A stretch of DNA of 38,224 bases from Sphaeroforma arctica JP610 (lineage: Eukaryota). Both the position numbers and the translations under genes were made by a program. The notes beneath the pieces are model-generated. The model made no database searches and was not told the DNA's origin. It saw nothing but the letters and a program-made list of their open reading frames with translations. The stretch covers positions 46,638-84,861 of the forward strand of contig NW_014040208.1 in assembly GCF_001186125.1 (NCBI RefSeq), read 5' to 3'. This document shows, piece after piece, positions 10,953-27,476 of this stretch (its first letter is position 1; each line of letters begins with the position of its first letter).

Positions 10953-11531
10953 ACATACCAGGTCGCAAGCAGTTGGGATGAGTCGGATTAAGGTTGAAAT
11001 TGTGCCCGCGCTTAATTGTAGCATTAGATATTCTAGACCAGCGTTATGCAAGTAGATAAAATGTATTGTATTGCAGTGTACATTAATGCAATAGCTGTAT
11101 AATACATTGTCCTCAGATTGCCTCAAAATGTTAAGCAATCACACAAAGATAGAGCGACAGTTGGATCCAGTCTGACAGCCATGTCAGAGGAAAAACTCAA
11201 GTCGGACACACATTTCAGATTATAGGTTGCTTAGTAGTGAAACCTGAGGTAAATACAATATCCTCCTGTCAGGAAGATTTAGAAGACTATACATATACAT
11301 GCCAGGTCGCAAGCAGTTGGGATGAGTCGGATTAAGGTTGAAATTTTGCCCGCGCTTAATTGTAGCATCAGATATTCTAGATCAGCGTTATGCAAGTAGA
11401 CAAAATGTATTGTATTGCAGTGCACATTAATGCAATAGCTGTATAGTACATTGTTCTCAGATTGCCTCAAAATGCTAAACAATCACACAAAACATAGAGC
11501 GACAGTTGGATCCAGTCTGACAGCCATGTCA
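10953..11531 (+). repeat. ~235-bp direct repeat, two high-identity copies (10953-11186, 11297-11531)
   Basis: Both copies read acat[a/g]ccaggtcgcaagcagttgggatgagtcgg...ggatccagtctgacagccatgtca, with a ~110-bp unique spacer. This explains the twin minus-strand ORFs 10917-11138 and 11279-11482. Confidence 0.95.
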
Positions 11532-11689
11532 AAGAAATATAGTTATACACACCGGTAAATAAAAAGGTGGCTCGCCATTATACAATGGGAAATGCGAATT
11601 CCTCGCAGGCTTAGAATTTATAGAGTCATAAAAAGCCACATTGTCTAGATGCGATGTTAACTCTTATTTGGAGTTCGTATGGCAGTTGA

Positions 11690-11920
11690 AATGTAATGAG
11701 CCCGAGGCTGGAAAATATAGTTTTCTCCTTATTAGAAGGTACGATGACAGAAACGTATTGTAATTTGCGCTCTAAGATACGTTTTGCAATGTGACCATTA
11801 ATGTTGCGATTGAAAACGTTCTGAACTCGATCGTCTAATCTAGATTTGGTAGTTTGCCAACCCATATGGTCATGGAAAAACAATGAGCTCGATCTTCTGT
11901 TCTACGTTCAACACGTGACT
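11690..11920 (-). pseudogene. Possible integrase zinc-binding (H2C2-like) domain relic
   Basis: Frameshifted translation VLNVEQKIELIV../HDHMGWQTTKSRLDDRVQNV resembles the H...H-x-G...T...L pattern of Gypsy/Ginger integrase N-termini. The CxxC and the DDE core are not recognisable. Confidence 0.3.
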
Positions 11921-13196
11921 ATTCGTGTTACAGTTGATAACTATTCGAACTCGAAACTCTGACATTCGTTTTGAAGCGCAATTTGTTGCTGTTACCGATC
12001 CAACAGGAAAGTTATTTGTTCAATTAGCTGAGCACAATGAACAATGCTGTTGATGGCCGGTTTGCACCATTCGTGGTTTGCACCTGAATCTTGAATGTCC
12101 CCTTTCTATTGAGAAGAGAGCCCTCAAATTAACTGCAATATTCATGTAATGTTTGTCTTTAAATATCAGCCATCCTGGGGTTATACCATGTATCAAATTG
12201 TATTTTACATTTGGTGACAGGTAACATTATCAGGCGAATGCGCATCCATCATCGGTTGCCCGACTGTAGGTGTGCGGCTGAGTGGGGAGGTGCTTCAGAT
12301 ATCCGTACGCCTCTCCCTGTCGATGAATGATTTTTTGAACTATTGAAAACAACCAAACCCTTGTGTAGATATTGATTTCCGACTTTATTCCATAGAAGTG
12401 ATTGCATACACAATGATGTTGAATCGATGCGTGCAGGCTTCTTCGTCTTCAGAAAATGTCTACAAGACAACAGTTCAATCTCTGTGTCCATGTGAGTGCG
12501 CTCTGTAGAAGAGTATTCTGTCAAATACATAAGCCTTCTTAGAGATAGCGTGCATCAATCTTGTATCTACGTGCAGGTAAAAGAGGATTTATGGCCGCCT
12601 ACGGAGAACGCTGCCGCAGTACCTGTAAGCTGTGATCATTGAAGCGTGACTTTGCGCTTCCATGTACACGTACGACAAGCAATAACCCCTACCCCACTAT
12701 ACTACTACCTATCCAGAGCACTCGTGGCAGCAAAGGTGCTGAGATCGGATCACATACTTGATTGATGCTCACCAATCGCGAACTAAAAGCTTCGCAGACG
12801 AATAAACCCGTACAGCAATTTGTTTATATAGACCGCATCGCCAAAGCTCGCAATCAGGATGCTAACGATTTTGGTGTCAGCACACACGAGCATTCCCTGA
12901 GCCATCTTGCAGCCAATTCCCGAAGGACAGTCATGAATATCGATCACGAATAGTCATATACTTTCTTCCGCATCTTTGGAAGCGGATGTTCTCCACCCAT
13001 CGTTGCGACAATGAGAGATTCCCAGTATAAAGTACTGTCACATCAAGACCCTTAATACCAGCGCCAGAGAACATTGTCTGCTCAAATCCTCCGGATGTAC
13101 ATCTTGATAGAATGCTTAATACCTCAGTAAGTCGAATACTTCGACTGCTATTTTAAATTTCCGACTATTTGGTATGCATAAATTTCGCCAAGGCTT

Positions 13197-14520
13197 TCAG
13201 CGACCCCTATCTTCACCGTCCGAAGCAGCCTGATGAGCAAAGTATAGACAGGATATCGTTAGAAGTTGCGCAATGCTTAAAAGTCTGATTTTGTGACACG
13301 CAAGACCTATAGAATCTTCTGATCAAACTGATATGCAGGTTTGATCTCAAGCAAGTAGAAAAGCCAACATAATGTATTGGGACTAAACGAAAGCGAATGT
13401 CACCTAACTGCTTCGCAGGTTTTTAAGATACAAAGTCATTGACAGAAGACAATTACGAACAAGGAAAGCGGACGGACAATTAATTGCCTGTAAGAGTGGA
13501 AATTACCATAGCGTTGAATACAGCTAGCTGGTCTGGAGGGTAGAGCTTGATAATTTCGTCGCCGATGTACTTCAGCGTATCTTCACTGACATCGACAAAT
13601 GCTGACCACCACTGTCCAAGGGAAGTAGAACAGATATGGTCCATTCAGCGTCAGTTCAGGTGCAAGCTTAATGCTGCCGAGAACAAACTAACGACAAATT
13701 CAAGTTCGAATGGGTGAGATAAACATTGTGCAAACATATGCTCAATGCTGCTGGAAGAGACTACAACAAAAAAAGGCTCGGATCTACTCATAAGTTAACA
13801 ACAAAAACATTCAGGCGCACGTACTTTCTTGCCATCGGATGTTTCGCTTAAAGCACTTTTGTTGTACTTAGACGAGAGTAAGATACCAGCGCAAGCGATC
13901 ACCTGGGGTTTGTAACGTAGACCTAGCGTAGTTCGTAAACTGCGCGCAAAGGTGTAGGTAAAAAGTACAAAGTGTAAAACAAGTTTCTTGGAACAGCAAT
14001 CTGCTTTCATGCCAGCACATAACGCCGAGCACAATTTAATTGAAAACAAATCGACGATCTCGATACAAATAAGAAAGACCCCAGTAATCCAATAGACTAT
14101 CGAAGAGGGTATAAATATCTAACCCGGTTGCTTGTGCAGTTTGCCTATCAGCAATAGCGTAAATATGAGCTACCTACACCAAACCAAAATGAATAACTCA
14201 ACGCGTACCTGTCGTTGACGAAGTTCCACGCGGTTTGTGCCAGTGAGCGATCGCCCTTGATGTCCTTCACATACTGCAGCAAGTATTTGTACGCGTGCTC
14301 GACAGCCAGGTCGAAACTTATGGTTTGCAGCAATAATCGCTCACATTTAAGCACTTGGTCCTTCAGGTTCTTGAACTCCTGTACAGGTATATATATATAA
14401 ATATAAACGTAAATTGAGAACTCCACTCTTATACAACAGGTGGATGCAAGTATTTCGAAATTGATCTAGATAAACAGCCATATGCAGTACACATGAGTAC
14501 ATATATGGATGAATGTGGAT

Positions 14521-14555
<35 letters not shown>

Positions 14556-15594
14556 AACACACACATACACAAATATATGAATTAAATTATTCGTAAATGT
14601 ACTCATGTATACATACAACGATACAAGGTGGTAACTACAGGTGCGAAAAACACATTCGTTTCCGCAAGAGTCACACCACTTAATCAACACAGAATTTACT
14701 TAGACCATCAGGCACTATAAAATAGATGAAGGATCACACAGCAGATGCTGTACAAAACAAAAATACGTCTAAGACGAAACAAAGTAAAAACTGCGGGCGA
14801 TATAAAAACTCACCGTGCTGTCTTCAGACATCTTAGGTTTGCCCTCTATCCTAGCGCTGTGGATAATGACATCCCTTGCTTTCTTAGGTGTCTCCTCTAC
14901 CTTACCAGCCAGGAACAAACAACAGGTCGCCATGATCTAAAATCGAGTAAGTCGAAAGTTTGTATTCATTTAGTCGGTGTATAAGGTGTGCATACTGCGT
15001 ACCAGCTCAATTAATAACATGACAGCCTGCATTCTACAAAACTGCGTTGAGGGAGAAGCTTCAGGGGTTATAGAAGCGAGTGACACGAACATTTTAATTA
15101 TGGTATCCATAGGAACTAACTCCTACATTGTACTTGATGATCCACACAGTTAATATCTGTACATCCTATATTCGTATGCATAGAGACATACACCAGAAAC
15201 AAATACGTATGAAAAGACACGTACATCTACAAGTGCCTGGTGATTTGGGTGTTTCAACTACGATTTCAAAGATAAGTAAAACTAAGTTGACAATATTTGA
15301 ATGATTTGCATGCACGATATATGCTAAAAAAACAAACATATCAATATCAATATATATATATATATATATATACATACAATACATCAATATATATATGTAT
15401 ACATATGTACACGCACACACACAAATATATATGTATATTTACATACATACACACACACACACAAACATATATGTATGAATATGTATTTTATTATATATAT
15501 GCATACAAACACACAAACACACACACACACACACAAACACTTAAACTAAACTTACATACACATATACACTCGGACTGAACTAATGTATAATTAT

Positions 15595-15632
<38 letters not shown>

Positions 15633-15643
15633 GTGTACATACA

Positions 15644-15696
<53 letters not shown>

Positions 15697-16352
15697 ATAC
15701 ATACATAAATACGTACATACATACATATATATATATATTATTGGTTGTGCATTTGTTTTGAGCTTCCTTTAATGACGTCGAAAGCTGTAATTTACAGTCA
15801 CTGACACAATTCAAACGAATAAACCTTCAAACAAACAAAATACCAACTAAGTATAACTAAACACAAGGTGTGGGTACTTATTTACTAGTTTGCAAATCAA
15901 CACTCACCTGCGTCGGTAAAGACAAGAGTTACATATATAAGAACAACAGCAGACCATTGGTGAATGTATAACATATCATATTCACGTTCAAAACACTACA
16001 TGCACAATGCCTTGAACGAAAGATTTGTACACGCAGAAGCGGTGGAATGGCGCACATGTATCACACAACATCCTCGAATTCCGAGTACCTCTGAAACACG
16101 TAAACCTACGTTAACATCATATTCCTTGAAGGACTGGTAAACATAAAATCGCTGAAAGAATATGGACGCCGTGGCTATAGTCAACTGGGGAACGCGGATC
16201 GATTCCCCGACATCTTGTATGAATCCCGCCCCTACACGCCTGAGCTTCTCTTCTTCTTCAAAGGATATATTGTCTGCTCGAGAAGCGGTTTGGTATTTGA
16301 GCTCCTCTTCTGTGAAGTACCACGATTCATCCGTACTTCGTTCACCTGCCAT
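13197..16352 (-). CDS. CCNK: Cyclin K (transcriptional cyclin K/T family), 6 exons, ~262 aa
   Basis: Exons 16352-16110, 14936-14814, 14378-14209, 13939-13825, 13611-13507 and 13229-13197 (last exon tentative); all GT-AG and phase-consistent. Motifs [63 protein letters not shown] and WWSAFVDV match cyclin K. Confidence 0.9.
14519..14578. repeat. (CA)n/(TA)n microsatellite in cyclin K intron 2
   Basis: Direct inspection. Confidence 0.95.
15349..15736. repeat. Compound (TA)n/(CA)n/(TACA)n microsatellite field in cyclin K intron 1
   Basis: Direct inspection; source of the spurious [12 protein letters not shown] ORFs. Confidence 0.95.
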
Positions 16353-17519
16353 AGTAAGACATTGTTCAAGGTAAATAAATACCTTCCTTGTGTGTAAATA
16401 GTGCGATATATCAAAGTGTGTTCGGATTCATAAGAGAGGTGCCTTGGATTCTTGGAGTGTATAGTATACAAATCAAAAAAATAAAATACACAGATCCTAT
16501 CCTCGATACGCATTGCGTTTTCAAACGAATAGACTTTGAAGAAATATGTTTAAAAAACGTTCAATATTTATATTGTTATAGCTCTATAGTTGTCGCTAGA
16601 GGTGCATATTCGGAGCCCTGAGGTTCAAAGTTTCCTAATATTCCTTACTACATAATACTAGTGGACACCGTTTAATGTACAGAATAGGTCGATCTCCCCT
16701 TGATCTGTTGACCCGTGGTTTATATTCCAATAAATAAGCGTTTACGTTAAACTTGAACTTGTACCCCTTTTATAAAAACGGATTAAGAATTGGCCATCGG
16801 ACTCTGGTGAGACTGCTAGAGTAGTATTAAATAATAGTGACCCACTGAGTGAATGGCATTGATCTCATTTTTTTTTGGGTTTTAGGGTTTTAGAGAGGGT
16901 CAGGTTTTCAATGTGCCAGAGCCCAGAGGGGTTGAATGCTGTTTATTTACCTAAAATAAGTATAATATGCCATGTATAGCATAAAATAAATCCTAGAGTA
17001 CTAGGGCATTATGTACAGTTGTTGCACACAAGTATAATAGTCACTTTTTGTATAAATGGGACAGAATACACTATTAACAGAGCACCTCTCGAGAGTTCGA
17101 ATGTATACGTAAATAGTAACAGAAATCACGGATGGAATCACCGTTTTGAAGCGAACATAATACATGCTCAGATCTGTTGCTGCCTTTGCGTTCGTTCATA
17201 CAAAATATATAGTTTCAATATTTGATGCTGAACATTTCTTCAAGGAGTTTACATGCGATAAGAAAAAGATATTTGATCAGACAAAGCGACCAGATAGTGT
17301 CTGTTGTGCTAGCCAATTAACAGTTTTAATACGCAATGAATATATAGATTAATCAATTGATATACGATACCATTAAAGCTTACGCTGCTGTTGAAAAGTT
17401 ACTAAAGTACGTCATCATCTGCATTTTTGTAATCGAGTAGGTTGGCGGCGCAACGCACGCCTAATTAGACGCAAGGAAATATATATATTTAAAAAAGAAA
17501 AGAAAAAAACCCCGGTTTG

Positions 17520-17720
17520 TAATGGTCACGCGACAAAATAGTAGTGAATAAACTAAAAGATTTTTTCATCAATATGTTGGTTTAAAAACCCTGTATTGGC
17601 AGTTGGGGCATGTACCAATCAGATCCGGTATATTCAGAGCGGGAAGTTCTGAGTTCGGCTTTGTAGTCTTCAACGGATTTTCTGTAAACAAAAATAGAAC
17701 TCACGAACGGTTACACCGCC
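17520..17720 (+). promoter_or_regulatory. Candidate cell-cycle promoter of cyclin B, within the divergent cyclin K/cyclin B intergenic region
   Basis: Within ~120 bp: ATTGG 17595, CAGTTG (Myb) 17600, CCAAT 17615, GCGGGAAG (E2F-like) 17639, CAACGG 17671 and GAACGGTTA 17705 (MSA/Myb core AACGG). CACGCGA lies at ~17527. Confidence 0.5.
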
Positions 17721-18132
17721 AAGCCCTAAAGCCTTTCTGTTGTATGTATTAATACTGTATTATAACAAAGATATATATTTGCTGACAGCTATATTATATA
17801 TAACCTTCATACGTACTTAGTATAGAGCAGCAAGTGGCGACTGACGGCATCGATAGTAGGACGCACACGTATGAACACTACAGCATCCAGCCCAATTATA
17901 GCTAATTGGTACGTTTCAGTGCATCATTTCACTGTAATTCCTGTGTTCCTTTCTGCATAGAACGTCCTTTTCTTGGATAACAACCTGCGTGTATTTCGCC
18001 AGGCTTGGTCAACAAGGCCGACTGACATGAGATTCTATGCTTTAGATGCGTTAAATCCATACCTCAACGACTAATCTTACATCATATTATGTCCACACAG
18101 CTAAGTAAGGGTATCAACACAGAGCCTTCAGG

Positions 18133-23360
<5,228 letters not shown>

Positions 23361-23690
23361 GGGAGAGGTAGTATAAACAGTCCTCTTCCAATCGATGTGA
23401 ATGACCGTGGTTGTTGTGAGCATGTGCGTTCTATAACAGAGATAGTACGGTCAAGCGATCAACGTACACCAATCTTGGTCGGTATCTATGAGATGTATAT
23501 GTATGCCGGCAGTGGCTTCCAATCGGATATAGAATATAAGGAGCGCTGTTTAGGTATAGATGCTGTTTGAGGTATGAGGTGTATTGTAATTGAAGAGGGA
23601 CCGATCTTATCGGCGATGTATGTTTTTATATAACGACCAGTGGTACGCAGGCTTACGCGTCCACTGTCATAATCAATGTAAACGACTATA

Positions 23691-23783
23691 ATAAGCCTGT
23701 AACAATCAGATGTGATTGGTTATAGGCCTGTTAAAGTCGGATGTGATTGGTCATCAGCCTATTACTATCAAATTTGATCAGCA
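23691..23783 (+). repeat. 31-bp tandem repeat, ~3 diverged copies, two carrying GATTGG
   Basis: ataagcctgtaacaatcagatgtgattggtt / ataggcctgttaaagtcggatgtgattggtc / atcagcctattactatcaaatttgatcagca. Confidence 0.75.
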
Positions 23784-25022
23784 ACAGGCAAAATCACGTG
23801 GTGTATGCTGGGTGAGTGCACGGCGGATACAGGTGCATTGTGCATATATACACTATTGTGTCCCTGTGCAAGTTAGCCGCACACCAGACGCGAATGACCA
23901 GATACGGTACAGCACGCAACCAATCCTTAAACACCCCATAGACTGTCCTCAAAGTCACACTAAACGCACAAACAGTAAAAAACACAACACATCAGGTGCG
24001 TGAGAAAGGCACGGCACAGAGTGAGGTATCGAAAGAATGAGAGACGAATTATTAAATGCACAAAGCGGACAGGATACCCGTAGATGACCGGGAAATCCCG
24101 GTCAGAGTTGTAAATCTTCTGAATAAAGCAAAATGTCTATCAATGGTGAATGCCCCTNNNNNNNNNNNNNNNNNNNNNNNNNNNNNNNNNNNNNNNNNNN
24201 NNNNNNNNNNNNNNNNNNNNNNNNTACATATTTATAAATGGACGTAGTGCAGTGATGGTAATTGAAACCACGAAAACGTTAAATTCTGTACATAGATACT
24301 ACTCTGCGATGGTAGCACAGTTCGATTGGTTTTTTGTTATGCTGTAGCTAGCGACAAGCATTGCGAATGCTATGTCGTCGAAATGCGCGGCTACGGGTAT
24401 ACCATGTCATGGCCGAGCGGGCGCGTTTTAACTTTAGGCACTAATCCATATTGAAATGCACTCACTTCCAGAATCCAGGTACGTACTGAACTACGACATA
24501 CTATAATCGGCAAGTACTATTTGCGGCGCCACGAGATGTGAACAGAATACTTTGAATAAATCCAAAAAGTCATACTTCGGGTAATTTCTATGTATGCTGC
24601 CTGCTCCGTATGCATTTGTAGAGTTTTAAATTTTTTTAACATTCAAGAGAAGCAATGTTGTTGCGCTTTTGGTCTACTTCGCCATCGATATACTGACCAT
24701 ACGGGTGAGGCTAGGATGTATCTCAACCGCCATACTACAACAATGAATCTACCATAAGTCGCTACCTCTGGTCTCTATTTCAGGACAAGTACCAGCCTTT
24801 GTTTCGTTTGAGGTTATAGGGAACATCTCACTTGGCCCCGCTTCTGGTCGACATCCGCCTACTTCATCAATCCCATGCAGTACTGAACACTGGGCCTATA
24901 TCAGCCCTGTAGCATAATTTTTAAGTTGAAAAATAGCCCATACGCCCCGTATTTGGGTCAGAAGCAGCCCACATATGCGCCTGTACGCACCCGTTCCTAC
25001 AATAATAATGCGGGGTAGCCTG

Positions 25023-26485
25023 CTACCTCGTGGCACAGTGGTCCGGGCTCACAAGCGCGAATATGGTGCTTTGCGTGAGGATGAGTACGTTGTCACTCCC
25101 ATCCACACCGAAGGAGAAGATGACCGACCCCAAGGAGTTCTGCAGAAAAATCAAGCGTTGATCTGGGTACACTTTTATCTCGATTTGACTCTGGTGTGGT
25201 ATTATACTTATGGTCGTCATACAACGAGAGATAGTAGTCTCAGAAGATAATAAAAGGGGCACCAACATGATCGAAGGGTATGATTGACCTCAAGAAAATA
25301 TGCCATATATATACGCGAATATATAAAACAATATGTGAGGATAGCTGACAGAAAAACAATCCACCCCCAAAACACTCTGCCATATGTTTAAAAGAGCATG
25401 TAAAGCAATATGAGAGGGTAGCATACAGCTAAGATGTTATAAGAGACTAGCATGATAGAAGTTGTGAGATAGAATGATAGCTGATAGAAGGTGGAACTAA
25501 AAAAGTACAATTTCAGCGAGGGAAGAGTCGGCAAAACATTACGGTCGGCTTCTGTACTGTCGAATCTTGAGGAGCAAGACAACGTACAGTATTAATTAAA
25601 GCTGGTGACCGATACAGGGAAAATGGCAGAATCTGATCTTAGTAATACAGAACAGATATAGGGCATATCTCGCAGTATAGAGGCAATAGTACAAAACTTA
25701 CATCAGCAAGCAAAACTAGCAGTATAGAGGCAACAGTACAATGCTTACCTCAGCCACCGTGCACGGCCGCGAATTTGTCGTCGGCCCGGTATCCGTGCAC
25801 TGTACTGTTTTGACTGTGGAATTACTGAAGATACCGCTACCTGCGACATAAGGACGTACAAAATATTTAGGGGCGCGTAGGTATACTCTTCACAAACGGA
25901 TGGAGAATGGGGAGGCAATGAGGTGACAAGCCTGCTAACGGGTTAACGGCCGATTTCATCTTCATAGTAAGCGAGTCTTGGTTATTCTGACGGAACACAC
26001 TGATTTGCTTGAGAGACAAAAAAATAACTTTGGAAGCGTAGATAGTACATGAAACTGTTAACAGTCAGGTGATCGCATATTTGTGTTGCCAATAGCAAGC
26101 TCAATATTACACTAGTCTGTATTTGAAAGCCAAGGAACGAGAGAACCAAAATTGTTGCACCTCTAATCCGAATATTTGGGGCACTCTGTACAGCTAATGC
26201 AACTGAACTTACTGTAAGGTGTTTCTTTCGCCGCAAACATAATGCCATACAGATCTCCGAAGAAATAGTCCACTTGGTCATTGGGGAAGACAACCGCAGC
26301 CGTTGTATTAGGAACGAAGACCCCTCCTACACCAAACGAACCAAAAGATAAGGTATTAAAGCATATTGCATATAGATGGCCACAGGAACGAACAAAAATT
26401 TTCAACAATTTACTTCATTCCCGCGAGCAGATTCACAACATACATGAGTGGAAAGGCAAGGTACAGTCATATATATATAAATAAA

Positions 26486-26520
<35 letters not shown>

Positions 26521-26589
26521 TTATATAAACATACATACATACATACATACATACATACATACATACATACATACACACACACACACTCT

Positions 26590-26664
<75 letters not shown>

Positions 26665-27229
26665 ACACACACAGACACAGACACAGACACAGACACAGAC
26701 ACAGACAGACACNNNNNNNNNNNNNNNNNNNNNNNNNNNNNNNNNNNNNNNNNNNNNNNNNNNNNNNNNNNNNNNNNNNNNNNNNNNNNNNNNNNNNNNN
26801 NNNNNNNNNNNNNNNNNNNNNNNNNNNNNNNNNNNNNNNNNNNNNNNNNNNNNNNNNNNNNNNNNNNNNNNNNNNNNNNNNNNNNNNNNNNNNNNNNNNN
26901 NNNNNNNNNNNNNNNNNNNNNNNNNNNNNNNNNNNNNNNNNNNNNNNNNNNNNNNNNNNNNNNNNNNNNNNNNNNNNNNNNNNNNNNNNNNNNNNNNNNN
27001 NNNNNNNNNNNNNNNNNNNNNNNNNNNNNNNNNNNNNNNNNNNNNNNNNNNNNNNNNNNNNNNNNNNNNNNNNNNNNNNNNNNNNNNNNNNNNNNNNNNN
27101 NNNNNNNNNNNNNNNNNNNNNNNNNNNNNNNNNNNNNNNNNNNNNNNNNNNNNNNNNNNNNNNNNNNNNNNNNNNNNNNNNNNNNNNNNNNNNNNNNNNN
27201 NNNNNNNNNNNNNNNNNNNNNNNNNNNNN

Positions 27230-27292
<63 letters not shown>

Positions 27293-27421
27293 ACACAGAC
27301 ACAGACACAGACACAGACACAGACACAGACAGACACAGACACAGGCACAGACACAGACACAGACACAGACACAGACACAGACACAGACACAGACACAGAC
27401 ACAGACACAGACACAGACACG

Positions 27422-27476
<55 letters not shown>

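Noticed and set aside
10917..11482. Two paralogous small minus-strand ORFs (73 and 67 aa)
   Set aside because: They simply reflect the 235-bp direct repeat; they have non-ATG starts and no recognisable domain.
10515..11549. Solo LTR bounded by TGTATA...TATACA
   Set aside because: The flanks (ATTGA vs CACCG) give no target-site duplication and there is no second copy in the window; kept only as a hypothesis.
11950..13190. Short ORFs 12249-12530 and 12762-12953
   Set aside because: No recognisable motifs or consistent splice structure; probably cyclin K 3' UTR, intergenic sequence or decayed repeats.
13400..13506. Cyclin K continuation at the acceptor near 13488
   Set aside because: It would need a 19-nt intron; the acceptor at 13230 has a branch-like CTAAC and a pyrimidine tract.
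26580..27420. Apparent duplication of the (CA)n-(ACAGAC)n block on both sides of the 517-N gap
   Set aside because: The order of repeat types is the same on both contig ends; most likely one microsatellite was read twice, so the gap may be largely spurious.
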